Source: Candidatus Omnitrophota bacterium
GTDB lineage: Bacteria > Omnitrophota > Gorgyraeia > Duberdicusellales > 4484-171
Reading direction: 5' to 3'
DNA length: 64,000 bases
Assembly (NCBI GenBank): GCA_043823745.1
Contig: JBDRAN010000005.1
Coordinates: 4,459 to 68,458 of the forward strand
A model generated the notes under the pieces. It was not told the DNA's origin. It did no database searches and saw only the letters and a program-made list of their open reading frames with translations. Below are positions 20,357-30,385 of the stretch, piece after piece (positions within the stretch are counted from its first letter, which is position 1; each line of letters starts with the position of its first letter). The translations under genes and the position numbers were made by a program.

Positions 20357-21272
20357 AGAAAGCCGCTCTGATCATTTCCATAATTAATTCATTGAACGAT
20401 ATGCCGCATGCAGCCGCTGAAAGCGGAAGAAGACTATGCGAAGTCAGGCCGGGAATCGAATTAACTTCCAGCACATAGGGCACCTCATCCGGGCTAAGAC
20501 GGATGTCTACCCGCGAAAAATGACGACACCCCAGGGACCGGTGCGCTGCTACTGCCGTCTTCTGCACGGCCCGATATACTGCCTGTTTGAGTTTTGCCGG
20601 AGCGATAAGGTCGGCCAGTCCATCGCTATATTTAGTCGTAAAGTCAAAGTAGCCTCCGCGAGGTACGATCTCAACCACCGCAAGCGGCTCTTCCTTAAAA
20701 ATACCGACCGTTAACTCTCTGCCTTCAATATATTGCTCAATCAAAAGCTTATCCTGCACACGAAACGCAACGTCAATGGCTTGACGCAAAGACATATCAT
20801 CGCGGACGATTGAAACCCCGATACTTGAGCCGGCGCAATATGGTTTCACCACTACCGGATACCGAACCATCGTTGACATTACCTGGCCGCGCGCGAGCAT
20901 ACACGAGGGAGCAATGGGAATGCGTTTCTTCGCAAACACCTCTTTAGAAGCGATTTTATCCATCGCCAGACGACTTGCAACAGGACCGGAACCGCTATAC
21001 GGTATATCAATTGACTCAAGAATCCCCTGGATGCTGCCGTCTTCTCCGAACTCACCGTGCAACGCGATAAAAACTACGTCGGGAGCATGAAGTTTAAGCT
21101 GCGCTTTTATAACAACGTCATCACGACTGGTAATATCAATAAAAACAGCCTCCACGCCGCGGGAATCAAGCGTCCGGCAAACCTGCGCTCCTGATTGCAA
21201 CGAAATGTCCCGCTCTGAAGACACTCCGCCGGCCAATACCCCGACTTTAATATTGCTCAAATCGAATGACAT
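20319..21272 (-). CDS. ddl: D-Ala-D-Ala ligase
   Basis: GGVSSER, LHGEFGEDG, EVNSIPG. Confidence 0.95.
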   Translation of the reverse strand: MSFDLSNIKVGVLAGGVSSERDISLQSGAQVCRTLDSRGVEAVFIDITSRDDVVIKAQLKLHAPDVVFIALHGEFGEDGSIQGILESIDIPYSGSGPVASRLAMDKIASKEVFAKKRIPIAPSCMLARGQVMSTMVRYPVVVKPYCAGSSIGVSIVRDDMSLRQAIDVAFRVQDKLLIEQYIEGRELTVGIFKEEPLAVVEIVPRGGYFDFTTKYSDGLADLIAPAKLKQAVYRAVQKTAVAAHRSLGCRHFSRVDIRLSPDEVPYVLEVNSIPGLTSHSLLPLSAAACGISFNELIMEMIRAAFYGKNQIQEVKKS

Positions 21273-21307
21273 ATGGTTATCGGTTACTTTCTATCCACGC
21301 CTTATGA

Positions 21308-21389
21308 TGTCAAAGTGTCAGACGTCAGGGTGTCAAAATGTCCAGTCATTTTCCCTACTTTGACGCTTTGATACTTTGACACGTTGACG
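21308..21389. repeat. Convergent 8-mer tandem repeats (TGTCAAAG-like, then CTTTGACA-like)
   Basis: Four degenerate units followed by four reverse-complement units. Confidence 0.8.
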
Positions 21390-21400
21390 CTTACTGCGCC

Positions 21401-22255
21401 CTACATCCATCGCTCTATTTCTTCTTCCAGTATCACTCCAAACTTTCGATGCACCGTATCTTTAATCCTACCAATAATACAATCAACGTCGGCATACGTT
21501 GCTCTCCCGGTATTGATAATAAAATTGGCGTGTTTAGATGAAACCTGCGCGTCGCCGACGGTAAGCCCCTTTAAACCACAAGAGTCAATAAGAAATCCGG
21601 CAGCGTACCCCGTGGGATTCTTAAAAACAGAACCGCAGCTGGGATAGGTAAAGTCCTGACTCTGGTAGCGCCGGGAAAGAATATTCGCGATTTCCGCTCG
21701 AAGAGCCTGATGCGGAGTGACACGAAACCATGCGCGCGTAATAATCAGGTTTCCAAACGACGAACTCCGGTAACCAAATACCATCTCATCCCGGGATATC
21801 CGCACGCACGTGCCGGTTCTTGTCACCGCTTCAACCGCCACAAGAACAGAACAAATCTCTCGGCCGAACGATGACGCATTCATGCGCACCAAGCCCCCGA
21901 TGGTCGCAGGGATTCCTGCCAGCTCATGCAATCCACCCAAATTATGCTTTACGCAATACTTAAGGACCGCGGCTAACTTCGTTGCGGCGCCGGCCTCAAG
22001 CAAATCTCCGGCGCATCTGGTGTAATCAAATTCTTGCCCAAGCGTAACAACCGACGTACGCAGCGCGCCGTTACGGATTAAAAGATTCGAGCCCCCGCCC
22101 AAACAGTAATATGCGCCGACTGTATCCGCAAGAACTGCCTGAACGTCGTCAAGGCTATGCGCGTGAAAGAAATACTGAGCCGTGCCCCCGATTTTTATCG
22201 TGGTGTAGGGGGCCAACTCAACGCCCTGCGCTAACTCTATTCTTTTTGTACCCAC
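21401..22255 (-). CDS. murB: UDP-N-acetylenolpyruvoylglucosamine reductase
   Basis: GGGSNLL, GIPATIGG, GSVFKNP, KHANFI. Confidence 0.95.
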   Translation of the reverse strand: MGTKRIELAQGVELAPYTTIKIGGTAQYFFHAHSLDDVQAVLADTVGAYYCLGGGSNLLIRNGALRTSVVTLGQEFDYTRCAGDLLEAGAATKLAAVLKYCVKHNLGGLHELAGIPATIGGLVRMNASSFGREICSVLVAVEAVTRTGTCVRISRDEMVFGYRSSSFGNLIITRAWFRVTPHQALRAEIANILSRRYQSQDFTYPSCGSVFKNPTGYAAGFLIDSCGLKGLTVGDAQVSSKHANFIINTGRATYADVDCIIGRIKDTVHRKFGVILEEEIERWM

Positions 22256-23603
22256 TGATAACTTCCTCCATGATCGTATTGATATCTCCCGCGCCCAAAC
22301 CCATCACTAGATCTCCCTCTTGAAGAAGCATCGGCAATTCTTCAACGATCCGCTCCCGTGCGATATAACGTGCTCCTTGCGGAAAAAACTTTTTTATGTG
22401 GTCCAGAAGAAACAACGCATCAATGCCCTCGATCTTTGTCTCTGACGCGGCGTACACATCCGTAAGGATCACTTCATCCGCATGCGCGAAACACTGCGAA
22501 AACTCAACGCATAACTGCTTGACTCGCGAAAAGCGGTGCGGCTGGAATACTGCCACCAGACGCCGGCATGAAAGCAAACGGGCGGCCTTAAGCACCGCGT
22601 TAATTTCCGTGGGGTGATGCGCGTAATCATCAACAAAGGTGACGCCGGAAACCACCTCTTTAATCTGGAAGCGACGCTTCGTTCCTTTAAACGTACTAAG
22701 TGCCCCAAGCGCTCCCGTAACGTCGAGTCCGTGATAATAAAAAAACCCGAGCACCGCGAGCGTATTTAATGCGTTATGTTCTCCCAGAAGCGGCACCCGC
22801 ACCACTCCGATGCTTTTACCTTCAATGATGACCTCAAACACGCTACACGTTCCATCGAAGGAAAATTGCGTGGCCCGTACCACATTGTGCTCGCCAAATC
22901 CATACGAAATACCTCCCACCTTATCAAGAATAATACGCACACTCGCGTCATCGCCGCATCCAAAAACTTTGCCGCCGGTATTGCGAGCGAAACGCAAGAA
23001 ATTCTCCTTAAGGTGCGCCATTGTTTTATGATAATCAAGATGCTCAGAATCAATATTGGTAATAATAGAAGACCACGGCTTACAATACAGAAAACTTCCA
23101 TCGCTTTCGTCGGTTTCAACCACAAAATAATCCTTTCCCCACCAGGCATTACGGCCGCAATTAAGGGCTACACCCCCCACACATACCGTCGGAAACAGGC
23201 CAAGCGAGGTTAAAAGATGCCCCATGAGCGCGGTAGTCGTGGTTTTACCATGACTTCCGCATATCGCGACCGTTTTTTGGCCCTCACATAAAAGGCCCAG
23301 GAGTTCTCCGCGCTTAAGAATCGCTATCCCGCGGCGCCGAGCCTCGATAAGCTCGGGATTATCTTCTTTGACCGCAGACGAATACACCAAAAGTTGCACC
23401 TCGGGCCCGATATTGTTCGGGGCGTGCCCAATGTCAACGGAAATGCCGGCCGATGTAAGCATCCGGACCGCATACGAATCAGAGACATCGGAACCGCGAA
23501 CCAAAAAACCCCGTTCGCGAAGCAGCAGCGCCAAGCCACTGGTGCCGATCCCCCCGATCCCCGATATATAGATTGCCGTTATTCCAGATAAAACTTTTTC
23601 CAT
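22218..23603 (-). CDS. murC: UDP-N-acetylmuramate-L-alanine ligase
   Basis: GIGGIG, GSHGKTTT, DDYAHHPTE, FQPHRF. Confidence 0.95.
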   Translation of the reverse strand: MEKVLSGITAIYISGIGGIGTSGLALLLRERGFLVRGSDVSDSYAVRMLTSAGISVDIGHAPNNIGPEVQLLVYSSAVKEDNPELIEARRRGIAILKRGELLGLLCEGQKTVAICGSHGKTTTTALMGHLLTSLGLFPTVCVGGVALNCGRNAWWGKDYFVVETDESDGSFLYCKPWSSIITNIDSEHLDYHKTMAHLKENFLRFARNTGGKVFGCGDDASVRIILDKVGGISYGFGEHNVVRATQFSFDGTCSVFEVIIEGKSIGVVRVPLLGEHNALNTLAVLGFFYYHGLDVTGALGALSTFKGTKRRFQIKEVVSGVTFVDDYAHHPTEINAVLKAARLLSCRRLVAVFQPHRFSRVKQLCVEFSQCFAHADEVILTDVYAASETKIEGIDALFLLDHIKKFFPQGARYIARERIVEELPMLLQEGDLVMGLGAGDINTIMEEVISGYKKNRVSAGR

Positions 23604-24379
23604 TTCTCCTCTAACTCGCTCATTGACCGTATCGATTGAAAGCTTCGTGACAAGGCATCTTCTATCGTAGAGCCGTTACGCAGGAAATATAAAAATTGAG
23701 AAAAATGATCCCTGCCGTACCGCCCCACTAAAAAAGAAATAATAGAATAGGACTCAAGGTAAAAAAGACTAACCGAGCCAGTTCCCGAACTCGACAGGCC
23801 CTCTGGGCGCATCTGATTTAAATCAGAAAATTTGATATACGTATTGTCCTTAATCGCCCGGCGTATCAGATACATGCTTCTGGCGTACGGATTCGAAACA
23901 TGTTTGCTTTCAACATACAACGCTGCCGCCTCATCAAGCCACAGCGGTAATTTTCCGCTACCTACATATTCCCGAAAAATAATGTGCGTTAGCTCATGGG
24001 CAAAAATAGAAGCGCGATTGTGCTGATGAGGGTACGTGTATATAATTTTATCCCGGTAATCAACACACGCTCCTGACCATGACGGGCATTTGAAAGTACT
24101 TACATATTCTTGCTTATCCGCTGCTATAAAAACTTTTGCCCGATTATCCCACAACCACAGGTTGTCTCTCACGAGATTAAATTCCTGGGTAATATCTCGA
24201 TAATAACCCTCAAGCACATCGGCGGTAGAACGAACGTATCCCTCATCAATTGAGGCTGGATAATAAATTAAAAAATGTTCCGAACGCAATTCGCGATAAC
24301 CCTGCGGAATCTGTGCGCACAGCGGTGAAGCACCAAAAAGGATAACGCTAAGCGCACACCGCGCGATAAAATTTTTCAA
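23579..24379 (-). CDS. Secreted peptidase MA-like (gluzincin) metalloprotease
   Basis: Signal peptide, HELTH, PLWLDEAAA. Confidence 0.85.
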   Translation of the reverse strand: MKNFIARCALSVILFGASPLCAQIPQGYRELRSEHFLIYYPASIDEGYVRSTADVLEGYYRDITQEFNLVRDNLWLWDNRAKVFIAADKQEYVSTFKCPSWSGACVDYRDKIIYTYPHQHNRASIFAHELTHIIFREYVGSGKLPLWLDEAAALYVESKHVSNPYARSMYLIRRAIKDNTYIKFSDLNQMRPEGLSSSGTGSVSLFYLESYSIISFLVGRYGRDHFSQFLYFLRNGSTIEDALSRSFQSIRSMSELEEKWKKFYLE

Positions 24380-25376
24380 TGCCCACCTCTATGTCCATGG
24401 CGCTCAAGTTCTCTCTAAGCCGTTCCCTCAATTGTGTGTTAAACAGAACCTGCGTCAATACCTCTGCAAATTCATCAAACGAAAAATTTTCCTGCGTAAA
24501 CATAAATGCGGCGCCGCGCTTCCTGAAATATGCCGCATTTGCTTCCTGATGCGCACCCGCAGCTGGATAAGGCACCAGGAGCGCAGGAAGCTTATAGTAG
24601 ATAATCTCCGCAAGCGTCGAAGCGCCACAGCGGGTAATAACCGCATCGGCGGCGCTATATAACAACTCCATGGAATAGTAAAAATCACGTACGAACGTTG
24701 TTTTTTCTATTGTATTATAGAATTGCGTAATTTGGAAGTATTCTCTTTTTCCGGTTAAATGAATTATCTGAAAATCCTCTTTTATCTCACGAGCCAGGCG
24801 CAGGCACGTACTGTTTAAAAACGCTGAACCCTGGCTGCCGCCAAAACAAAAAATGACCGGGGACTCAGTCAAACCAAGCGCCGCACGCGCACGCGTTTTA
24901 TCGATGATCCGAATGGTATCACGCAACGGGATGCCAACGGCCTGCGCGCGCCTCGTCGCTGAACGTAAAGGGAACCCTACGAGAATCTTTCCCGCAAATA
25001 TCGAAAGCACTCTGTTGGCGCGGCCCATCGTGGCATTCGGCTCATAAATATAGGTTTTGCGCATACACAAGGAGCCGAACAATACCAGAAAGAAACTATC
25101 TCTGCCGCCGAATCCTACAATTTTTTGCGGGCGTTCGCGCACGATAAGATATGCTGCCTCCAGCAAACGAAATATCATCTCAACCAGCACGTTTCGGGAA
25201 GGGAAAACTTTTCCGGAAACGCAAAAACCCTCCCGCGCCAGATGCTCCTTCAAAAAAGGAGCCGTGACAAAGAAAGAAACCGTAGCTTCCGGTGAATGTT
25301 CTTTTATTTTTTTTGCCAGCGCCAATGCCGGAAAGACATGACCGCCGCTGCGGTCGCACGCGAGTAAAATACGCAT
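24348..25376 (-). CDS. murG: Lipid II GlcNAc transferase
   Basis: SGGHVFP, GGSQGS, HQEANA. Confidence 0.9.
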   Translation of the reverse strand: MRILLACDRSGGHVFPALALAKKIKEHSPEATVSFFVTAPFLKEHLAREGFCVSGKVFPSRNVLVEMIFRLLEAAYLIVRERPQKIVGFGGRDSFFLVLFGSLCMRKTYIYEPNATMGRANRVLSIFAGKILVGFPLRSATRRAQAVGIPLRDTIRIIDKTRARAALGLTESPVIFCFGGSQGSAFLNSTCLRLAREIKEDFQIIHLTGKREYFQITQFYNTIEKTTFVRDFYYSMELLYSAADAVITRCGASTLAEIIYYKLPALLVPYPAAGAHQEANAAYFRKRGAAFMFTQENFSFDEFAEVLTQVLFNTQLRERLRENLSAMDIEVGIEKFYRAVCA

Positions 25377-25383
25377 AGCCCTC

Positions 25384-26475
25384 TCACGTTTCCTTTGATG
25401 CATTAAAAAACAATCCCAGCAGAATAAAATGCGTGATCAGATTTGAACCACCGTAACTCATAAAGGGAAGCGGCAGGCCTTTCGTCGGGAAAAGCCCGCA
25501 GGAAACTCCTATATTGATGATCACTTCAAGGAAGAAAATAAAAATAATTCCCCAGAGCAAGCCGCGCCTGAACTCGTCGGTAGAGCGTTGAGCAATGCCG
25601 ACCATCGCATTAATTAAGAAGAAAAATAGCGCGAAAAGAGAAAGCGAGCCCCACAGGCCGAATTCTTCAGCAATAATAGAAAAAATAAAATCGGTATGCG
25701 CGGCGGGGAGAAAAAAAAGTTTCTGGCGGCCCTCCCCTAATCCCACCCCCCATAGGCCTCCCTCGCCAAACGCAATTTGGGATTGTATGATCTGGAACCC
25801 GGTGTTGCGTGGGTCAGCGTACGGGTTAAAGTACGCGGTGATCCGCTTGAAACGGTACGGGTAAAGCGTGATCAAGAAAAAAAGTAATACGACTCCAAAA
25901 ATAACAATCAAGAAAATATGCTGTTTGCGCGCGCGGTGCAGAAAAAGAAAAAACAAAGTCCAGACCACCCAAAAAATCGACGAACCTAAATCAGGTTCAA
26001 GAAGCAACAACAACGACGTCACACCGAGAATGAGGCCCAAAGGAAGCAAACCCTGACGGAAATAGCGGATAAGGTTTCCCTTGCGACGGCAATATTCGGC
26101 GCAATACACCAGAAAGGTTATTTTAAGCATCTCCGAAGGCTGGAAGTTAAAAAACGGGGAATGAAACCAGCGCCGGGCTCCGCCGGCGCGCTTCCCGACA
26201 ATTAAAACGGCAAAGAGCAGAATAATAGTGATAGCAAGAAAAACCTTGTTGTTGCGACGTAAAAAATCCAAGTCAACAAAAAGCATTGCGATAAACAATG
26301 CAACACCTACCGCGCAATAGCTAAGCTGCCGTGAAAAAAAATACATCGGGTCCGAAGAAATTTTATACGCGTAAATACTCGACGACTCATAGACCATGAT
26401 GAGGCCAAAAAGGCTCAAGAACATAACGGTTAAAAATATGAAACGGCGCTGTTTTTTTATATCAAACGTCTTCAT
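25384..26475 (-). CDS. ftsW: SEDS protein FtsW
   Basis: FQPSE, EPDLG, HTDFIF, LPFMSYGGS. Confidence 0.93.
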   Translation of the reverse strand: MKTFDIKKQRRFIFLTVMFLSLFGLIMVYESSSIYAYKISSDPMYFFSRQLSYCAVGVALFIAMLFVDLDFLRRNNKVFLAITIILLFAVLIVGKRAGGARRWFHSPFFNFQPSEMLKITFLVYCAEYCRRKGNLIRYFRQGLLPLGLILGVTSLLLLLEPDLGSSIFWVVWTLFFLFLHRARKQHIFLIVIFGVVLLFFLITLYPYRFKRITAYFNPYADPRNTGFQIIQSQIAFGEGGLWGVGLGEGRQKLFFLPAAHTDFIFSIIAEEFGLWGSLSLFALFFFLINAMVGIAQRSTDEFRRGLLWGIIFIFFLEVIINIGVSCGLFPTKGLPLPFMSYGGSNLITHFILLGLFFNASKET

Positions 26476-26652
26476 CACTAAAAGTGATACGTTCGGAGCA
26501 TGTGTGGGGCCTTGCTCCTTAACTAAAAACATATGTCGCAGGCATTGTTTGCCCGGAATACACCCGCGGAAATACCTTCAGAAAATTTCTGGACATGGCG
26601 GAACGCCGAAAAACATGACCTCTTTTACCTTAACGGACAAGAACGCCCGGAG

Positions 26653-27933
26653 TTATGTCATTTGTGACGTTTCAATTGCATTGTCCCGGCTCAGACTGTT
26701 GACTGCTGCCATAAATTTTCTACCCCTATCCATATAATTTAAAAACATGTCAAAACTCGAGCACATAGGAGAAAATACTATGGTATCACGCTTGCGTGCC
26801 TGGCCGAAGGAAGCGCGGACAACGGCTTCCAACGAAGGAAATATCTCAACCGGAACCCGCCCCCCGAGTGCCTGCTTTATTTTCTCGGCAGCCTGGCCGA
26901 TCAGATTAACTTTTTTAACCCTCTTCAGATACGGAATAATAACCGCGTAATCTACTCCTTTATCCTTGCCTCCGGCAATTAAAATAATATCGCCCTTGAG
27001 CGCCTGGAGGGCCCACATTGTCGATGAAGGATTTGTTGATTTTGAATCATTGATAAACCGAACCCCCGCGAGATCTCTAACAAGCTGCAGACGATGCGGA
27101 AGCCCGCGAAACTCTGAAAAAACGCCGACACAATCAGCCTTGCTTAAACCGAAGATGGTGGCGGTACGGTATATACATGAGAAGTTTTCATTGGGAAATT
27201 CGTCAGAAAAGTAAACGATGCGCGATGTAATACGTTTTTCGATATCGCCACGCATAGCGATATTCTTATTAACCACCGCGTAGTCCCGTACGGTCTGATT
27301 CCTGAAAAGATTCATCTTCGCGTTATAATAATCGGTAACGGTCGGGTGCCGGTCAAGGTGATTCGGCTCGAAATTTAAAAGGCAGCCCACAAAGGGACGA
27401 AACTCAATAATAGACTCGAGTTGAAACGAACTTATTTCAAGGACGATTACGTCACCTTTCTTTGTAGCAAGGATAAATGAAGAGACGGGAATACCAATGT
27501 TACCGCCTAAAAAAACCCGCTTACGTCTACTCTTTAAAACTCGATACGTAAGAAACGTGGTCGTTGTCTTCCCATTCGTGCCGGTAATAGCTACAAAATG
27601 AGCCTTGGTTAACCAGAACGAGAACTCGACTTCTCCAACGCACGGTATCGCACATGCACGCGCGATCGATACCGCGGATGACTGCGCCATGTCCACGCCG
27701 GGGCTCACAACAACTAACTGCGACTCTTTAATGAATTGTTCGGTGTGCGCGCCAAACTCAAAACGGACGCCCCGTTGCATAAAAGCATTAATCGGCCCTG
27801 AAGCAAAACGTTCACGCGGCTTCTCATCCGTAAGCAAAACTTCCTTGCCCAGAGTACGCAGGAGCGTACATAACGCGATGCCACTTTTACCCCACCCGAC
27901 AACGCATACTTTTTTTAGAGCGTCAATATTCAC
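26653..27933 (-). CDS. murD: UDP-MurNAc-L-Ala-D-Glu ligase
   Basis: GTNGKTTT, SSFQL, NDSKSTN. Confidence 0.93.
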   Translation of the reverse strand: MNIDALKKVCVVGWGKSGIALCTLLRTLGKEVLLTDEKPRERFASGPINAFMQRGVRFEFGAHTEQFIKESQLVVVSPGVDMAQSSAVSIARACAIPCVGEVEFSFWLTKAHFVAITGTNGKTTTTFLTYRVLKSRRKRVFLGGNIGIPVSSFILATKKGDVIVLEISSFQLESIIEFRPFVGCLLNFEPNHLDRHPTVTDYYNAKMNLFRNQTVRDYAVVNKNIAMRGDIEKRITSRIVYFSDEFPNENFSCIYRTATIFGLSKADCVGVFSEFRGLPHRLQLVRDLAGVRFINDSKSTNPSSTMWALQALKGDIILIAGGKDKGVDYAVIIPYLKRVKKVNLIGQAAEKIKQALGGRVPVEIFPSLEAVVRASFGQARKRDTIVFSPMCSSFDMFLNYMDRGRKFMAAVNSLSRDNAIETSQMT

Positions 27934-27943
27934 AATTATACCG

Positions 27944-29026
27944 TCAGCGCAATTTGAGCGTCAAAAGTGTTGCTACAGCGCAAATAATCGAAATGATCCA
28001 AAATCGTACAATAATTTTCGGCTCTTTCCAGCCTAAAAGCTGAAAATGGTGATGGAGCGGCGCGGCGCGAAACAGCCGCTTTCCCCAAATCTTCACCGAA
28101 CATATTTGCAATATCACGCTCAGAGCCTCGGCAACAAAGATCCCGCCGCTTATCAGCAAAAGAAATTCTTTCTTTATCAGAAGTGCGATGGTCCCCAGCA
28201 AGCCACCGAGAGCAAGCGCGCCCACATCACCCATAAATACCTGCGCCGGATAGGCATTAAACCACAAGAACGCCAGCGCCGCGCCCACTAAGGCCAGACA
28301 TAATACCGTCAATTCCCCTGCTTCCCTAACAAAAGGGATAAAAAGATAGTTAGCGAACTTCGCGTGGCCGACAAGATAACTTAAGAATCCAAACATCAAC
28401 GCATTGGTCACCAATGCCCCCGTCGCAAGGCCATCAAGGCCGTCAGTGAAGTTGACCGCGTTAGACGTTGAGATCATGACCAATGCAGCCCAAAAAATGT
28501 AAAAATAGCCAAGATCCTTGATGAGATTCTTAAAAAAAGGAAAATCCAGGGTTGTCGAGAAATTTTTATTAATCAGTATTAAGATACCAAGCAACCCCCC
28601 GATAAGAACCTGGTAGAAAAGTTTTTCCGAACGCGTAAGCCCTTTTCCTTTCTTGATCTTTAAAAGGTCATCGCGTAAACCCACGATGCCCAGCGTCACC
28701 ACTACAACCAGGCAAACCCAAATAAAATAATTATCCCAGCGCGCCCACAACAAGGTGGAAACAATAATGGCTCCGAGGATTAAGATTCCTCCCATGGTCG
28801 GAGTCCCCTTTTTGCTTTCATGAAGAGCCTCCAGACGGAGATGACCATACATATCGATTTTTTCTATAAGCTGCATCCGCCTAAGTTTTTTAAGTGTAAA
28901 CTGCCAAAAAAACATAACCAGAAGGAACGCGGTAATAAACGCGCAGCCACCGCGAAATGTAATATATCGAGTTACATTGAGAAATGAAATAACTTTGGAA
29001 AGGGGGTACAATAGGTGATACAGCAT
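27944..29026 (-). CDS. mraY: Phospho-MurNAc-pentapeptide transferase
   Basis: TPTMGG, NFTDGLDGL, FMGD, APLHHH. Confidence 0.96.
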   Translation of the reverse strand: MLYHLLYPLSKVISFLNVTRYITFRGGCAFITAFLLVMFFWQFTLKKLRRMQLIEKIDMYGHLRLEALHESKKGTPTMGGILILGAIIVSTLLWARWDNYFIWVCLVVVVTLGIVGLRDDLLKIKKGKGLTRSEKLFYQVLIGGLLGILILINKNFSTTLDFPFFKNLIKDLGYFYIFWAALVMISTSNAVNFTDGLDGLATGALVTNALMFGFLSYLVGHAKFANYLFIPFVREAGELTVLCLALVGAALAFLWFNAYPAQVFMGDVGALALGGLLGTIALLIKKEFLLLISGGIFVAEALSVILQICSVKIWGKRLFRAAPLHHHFQLLGWKEPKIIVRFWIISIICAVATLLTLKLR

Positions 29027-29029
29027 GAG

Positions 29030-30385
29030 TTATGATTTGTTTTTACAATCCAGATGCGCGAGCACCTTTTCTAGTTGCGTGGCTCGAGAACCCTTCAGAA
29101 AGATCAGCCAACCAGGATGTGCTCGCTGATTAATTGATGCGGCGATCTCCTCATGAGACGCGCAGCAAAAAGCATTTCGATAACCGTGTTTTTTTAGCTC
29201 CTCTACCAGGTACGGCGCGTGCTCGCCCAAGGCAAAACAAGATTCAAATCCCACGCGCAAAATGTGGCGCGCAAGTGCCTGATGATAGGCGACGCTACGG
29301 GAACCTAACTCGCGCATATCCCCTACAACAGCGATTTTTTTGGATGGGTACCTCCGCACAACACGCAATGCCTCAAGAAAAGAATAGGGATTTGCATTAT
29401 AGGCGTCGTTAAAAATAAAAAAACCTTTATCGTGGGTACATTGCGCCCGCTGCGAAGGAAATTCACTAAAATCATTCAGCCGCTCGACGCACTGGGCAAG
29501 CGGCATGCCGGCCTGGTGAGCAGAAAGTATCGCCGCCAAAGCGTTATAGATAAAACCGCCAAAGGGAGTGCGCAGCGTAAGCTTAAATTCATTTTGTACC
29601 AGGAATGTCGAGGAACTCGTATCACAAGAGACCCCTCGCGCGCCAAGATCGCTATTCTTATGTTTCCCGAACCACCGTATCGCGCCGCGTCGCGTAACCT
29701 TACGTAAATACGCATCATCTCTATTCAATATCGCGCGCATACGGGCATTGACATCAAAAAGCGAAATCTTCTCTTCAAAAATACCCCGCATACTACCCAA
29801 CCCCTCAAGATGCACGGGCTTTATAAACGTAATAATGCCCGTGTCGGGCACGACAATATCGGCAAGCATCCTGATCTCTCCGGGGGCGTTCGTGCCTAAT
29901 TCTAACACTACTGTTTTTTCGTCGCGCAAGGAAAAACAGGTTTTTGCGACTCCGAGAATATTATTTTCCGTTTTATAATTTTTTAAGACGGGGCCGTTCG
30001 CCTCGAGTAAAAACGCAAGCATCTCTTTCGTTGTCGTTTTACCGACCGAACCGGTGATCGCGTAGACATACGGTCGCTTTGCCTTGATCGCATAACGGGA
30101 AAGAACCGCAAGCGCGCGATACGAATCCTCTACGAGAAAATAAGGGACTCTCTGCGTACTATGAAATTCCCGCTGGGCGATGACAAACCTCGCCCCTTGC
30201 GCAATAGCATGGGCAATGTATTGATGACCATCATGATGTTTTCCTTGTAACGCGATAAAACCGTTCCCTGCCACGATAGTCCGTGAATCAATCGAAAACC
30301 CGTTCAGAGGCATAAAATGATAAATATTAGCGATCGTATATGGTCGCAACAATTTTTCGAGAATCTTAAAATCAGTTATATACAT
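29030..30385 (-). CDS. murF: UDP-MurNAc-tripeptide D-Ala-D-Ala ligase
   Basis: TGSVGKTTTKE, DAYNANP, KGSR. Confidence 0.93.
   Translation of the reverse strand: MYITDFKILEKLLRPYTIANIYHFMPLNGFSIDSRTIVAGNGFIALQGKHHDGHQYIAHAIAQGARFVIAQREFHSTQRVPYFLVEDSYRALAVLSRYAIKAKRPYVYAITGSVGKTTTKEMLAFLLEANGPVLKNYKTENNILGVAKTCFSLRDEKTVVLELGTNAPGEIRMLADIVVPDTGIITFIKPVHLEGLGSMRGIFEEKISLFDVNARMRAILNRDDAYLRKVTRRGAIRWFGKHKNSDLGARGVSCDTSSSTFLVQNEFKLTLRTPFGGFIYNALAAILSAHQAGMPLAQCVERLNDFSEFPSQRAQCTHDKGFFIFNDAYNANPYSFLEALRVVRRYPSKKIAVVGDMRELGSRSVAYHQALARHILRVGFESCFALGEHAPYLVEELKKHGYRNAFCCASHEEIAASINQRAHPGWLIFLKGSRATQLEKVLAHLDCKNKS

Noticed and set aside
26476-26652. Unusually long murD-ftsW gap
   Set aside because: No convincing repeat, RNA or independent ORF could be supported by eye.
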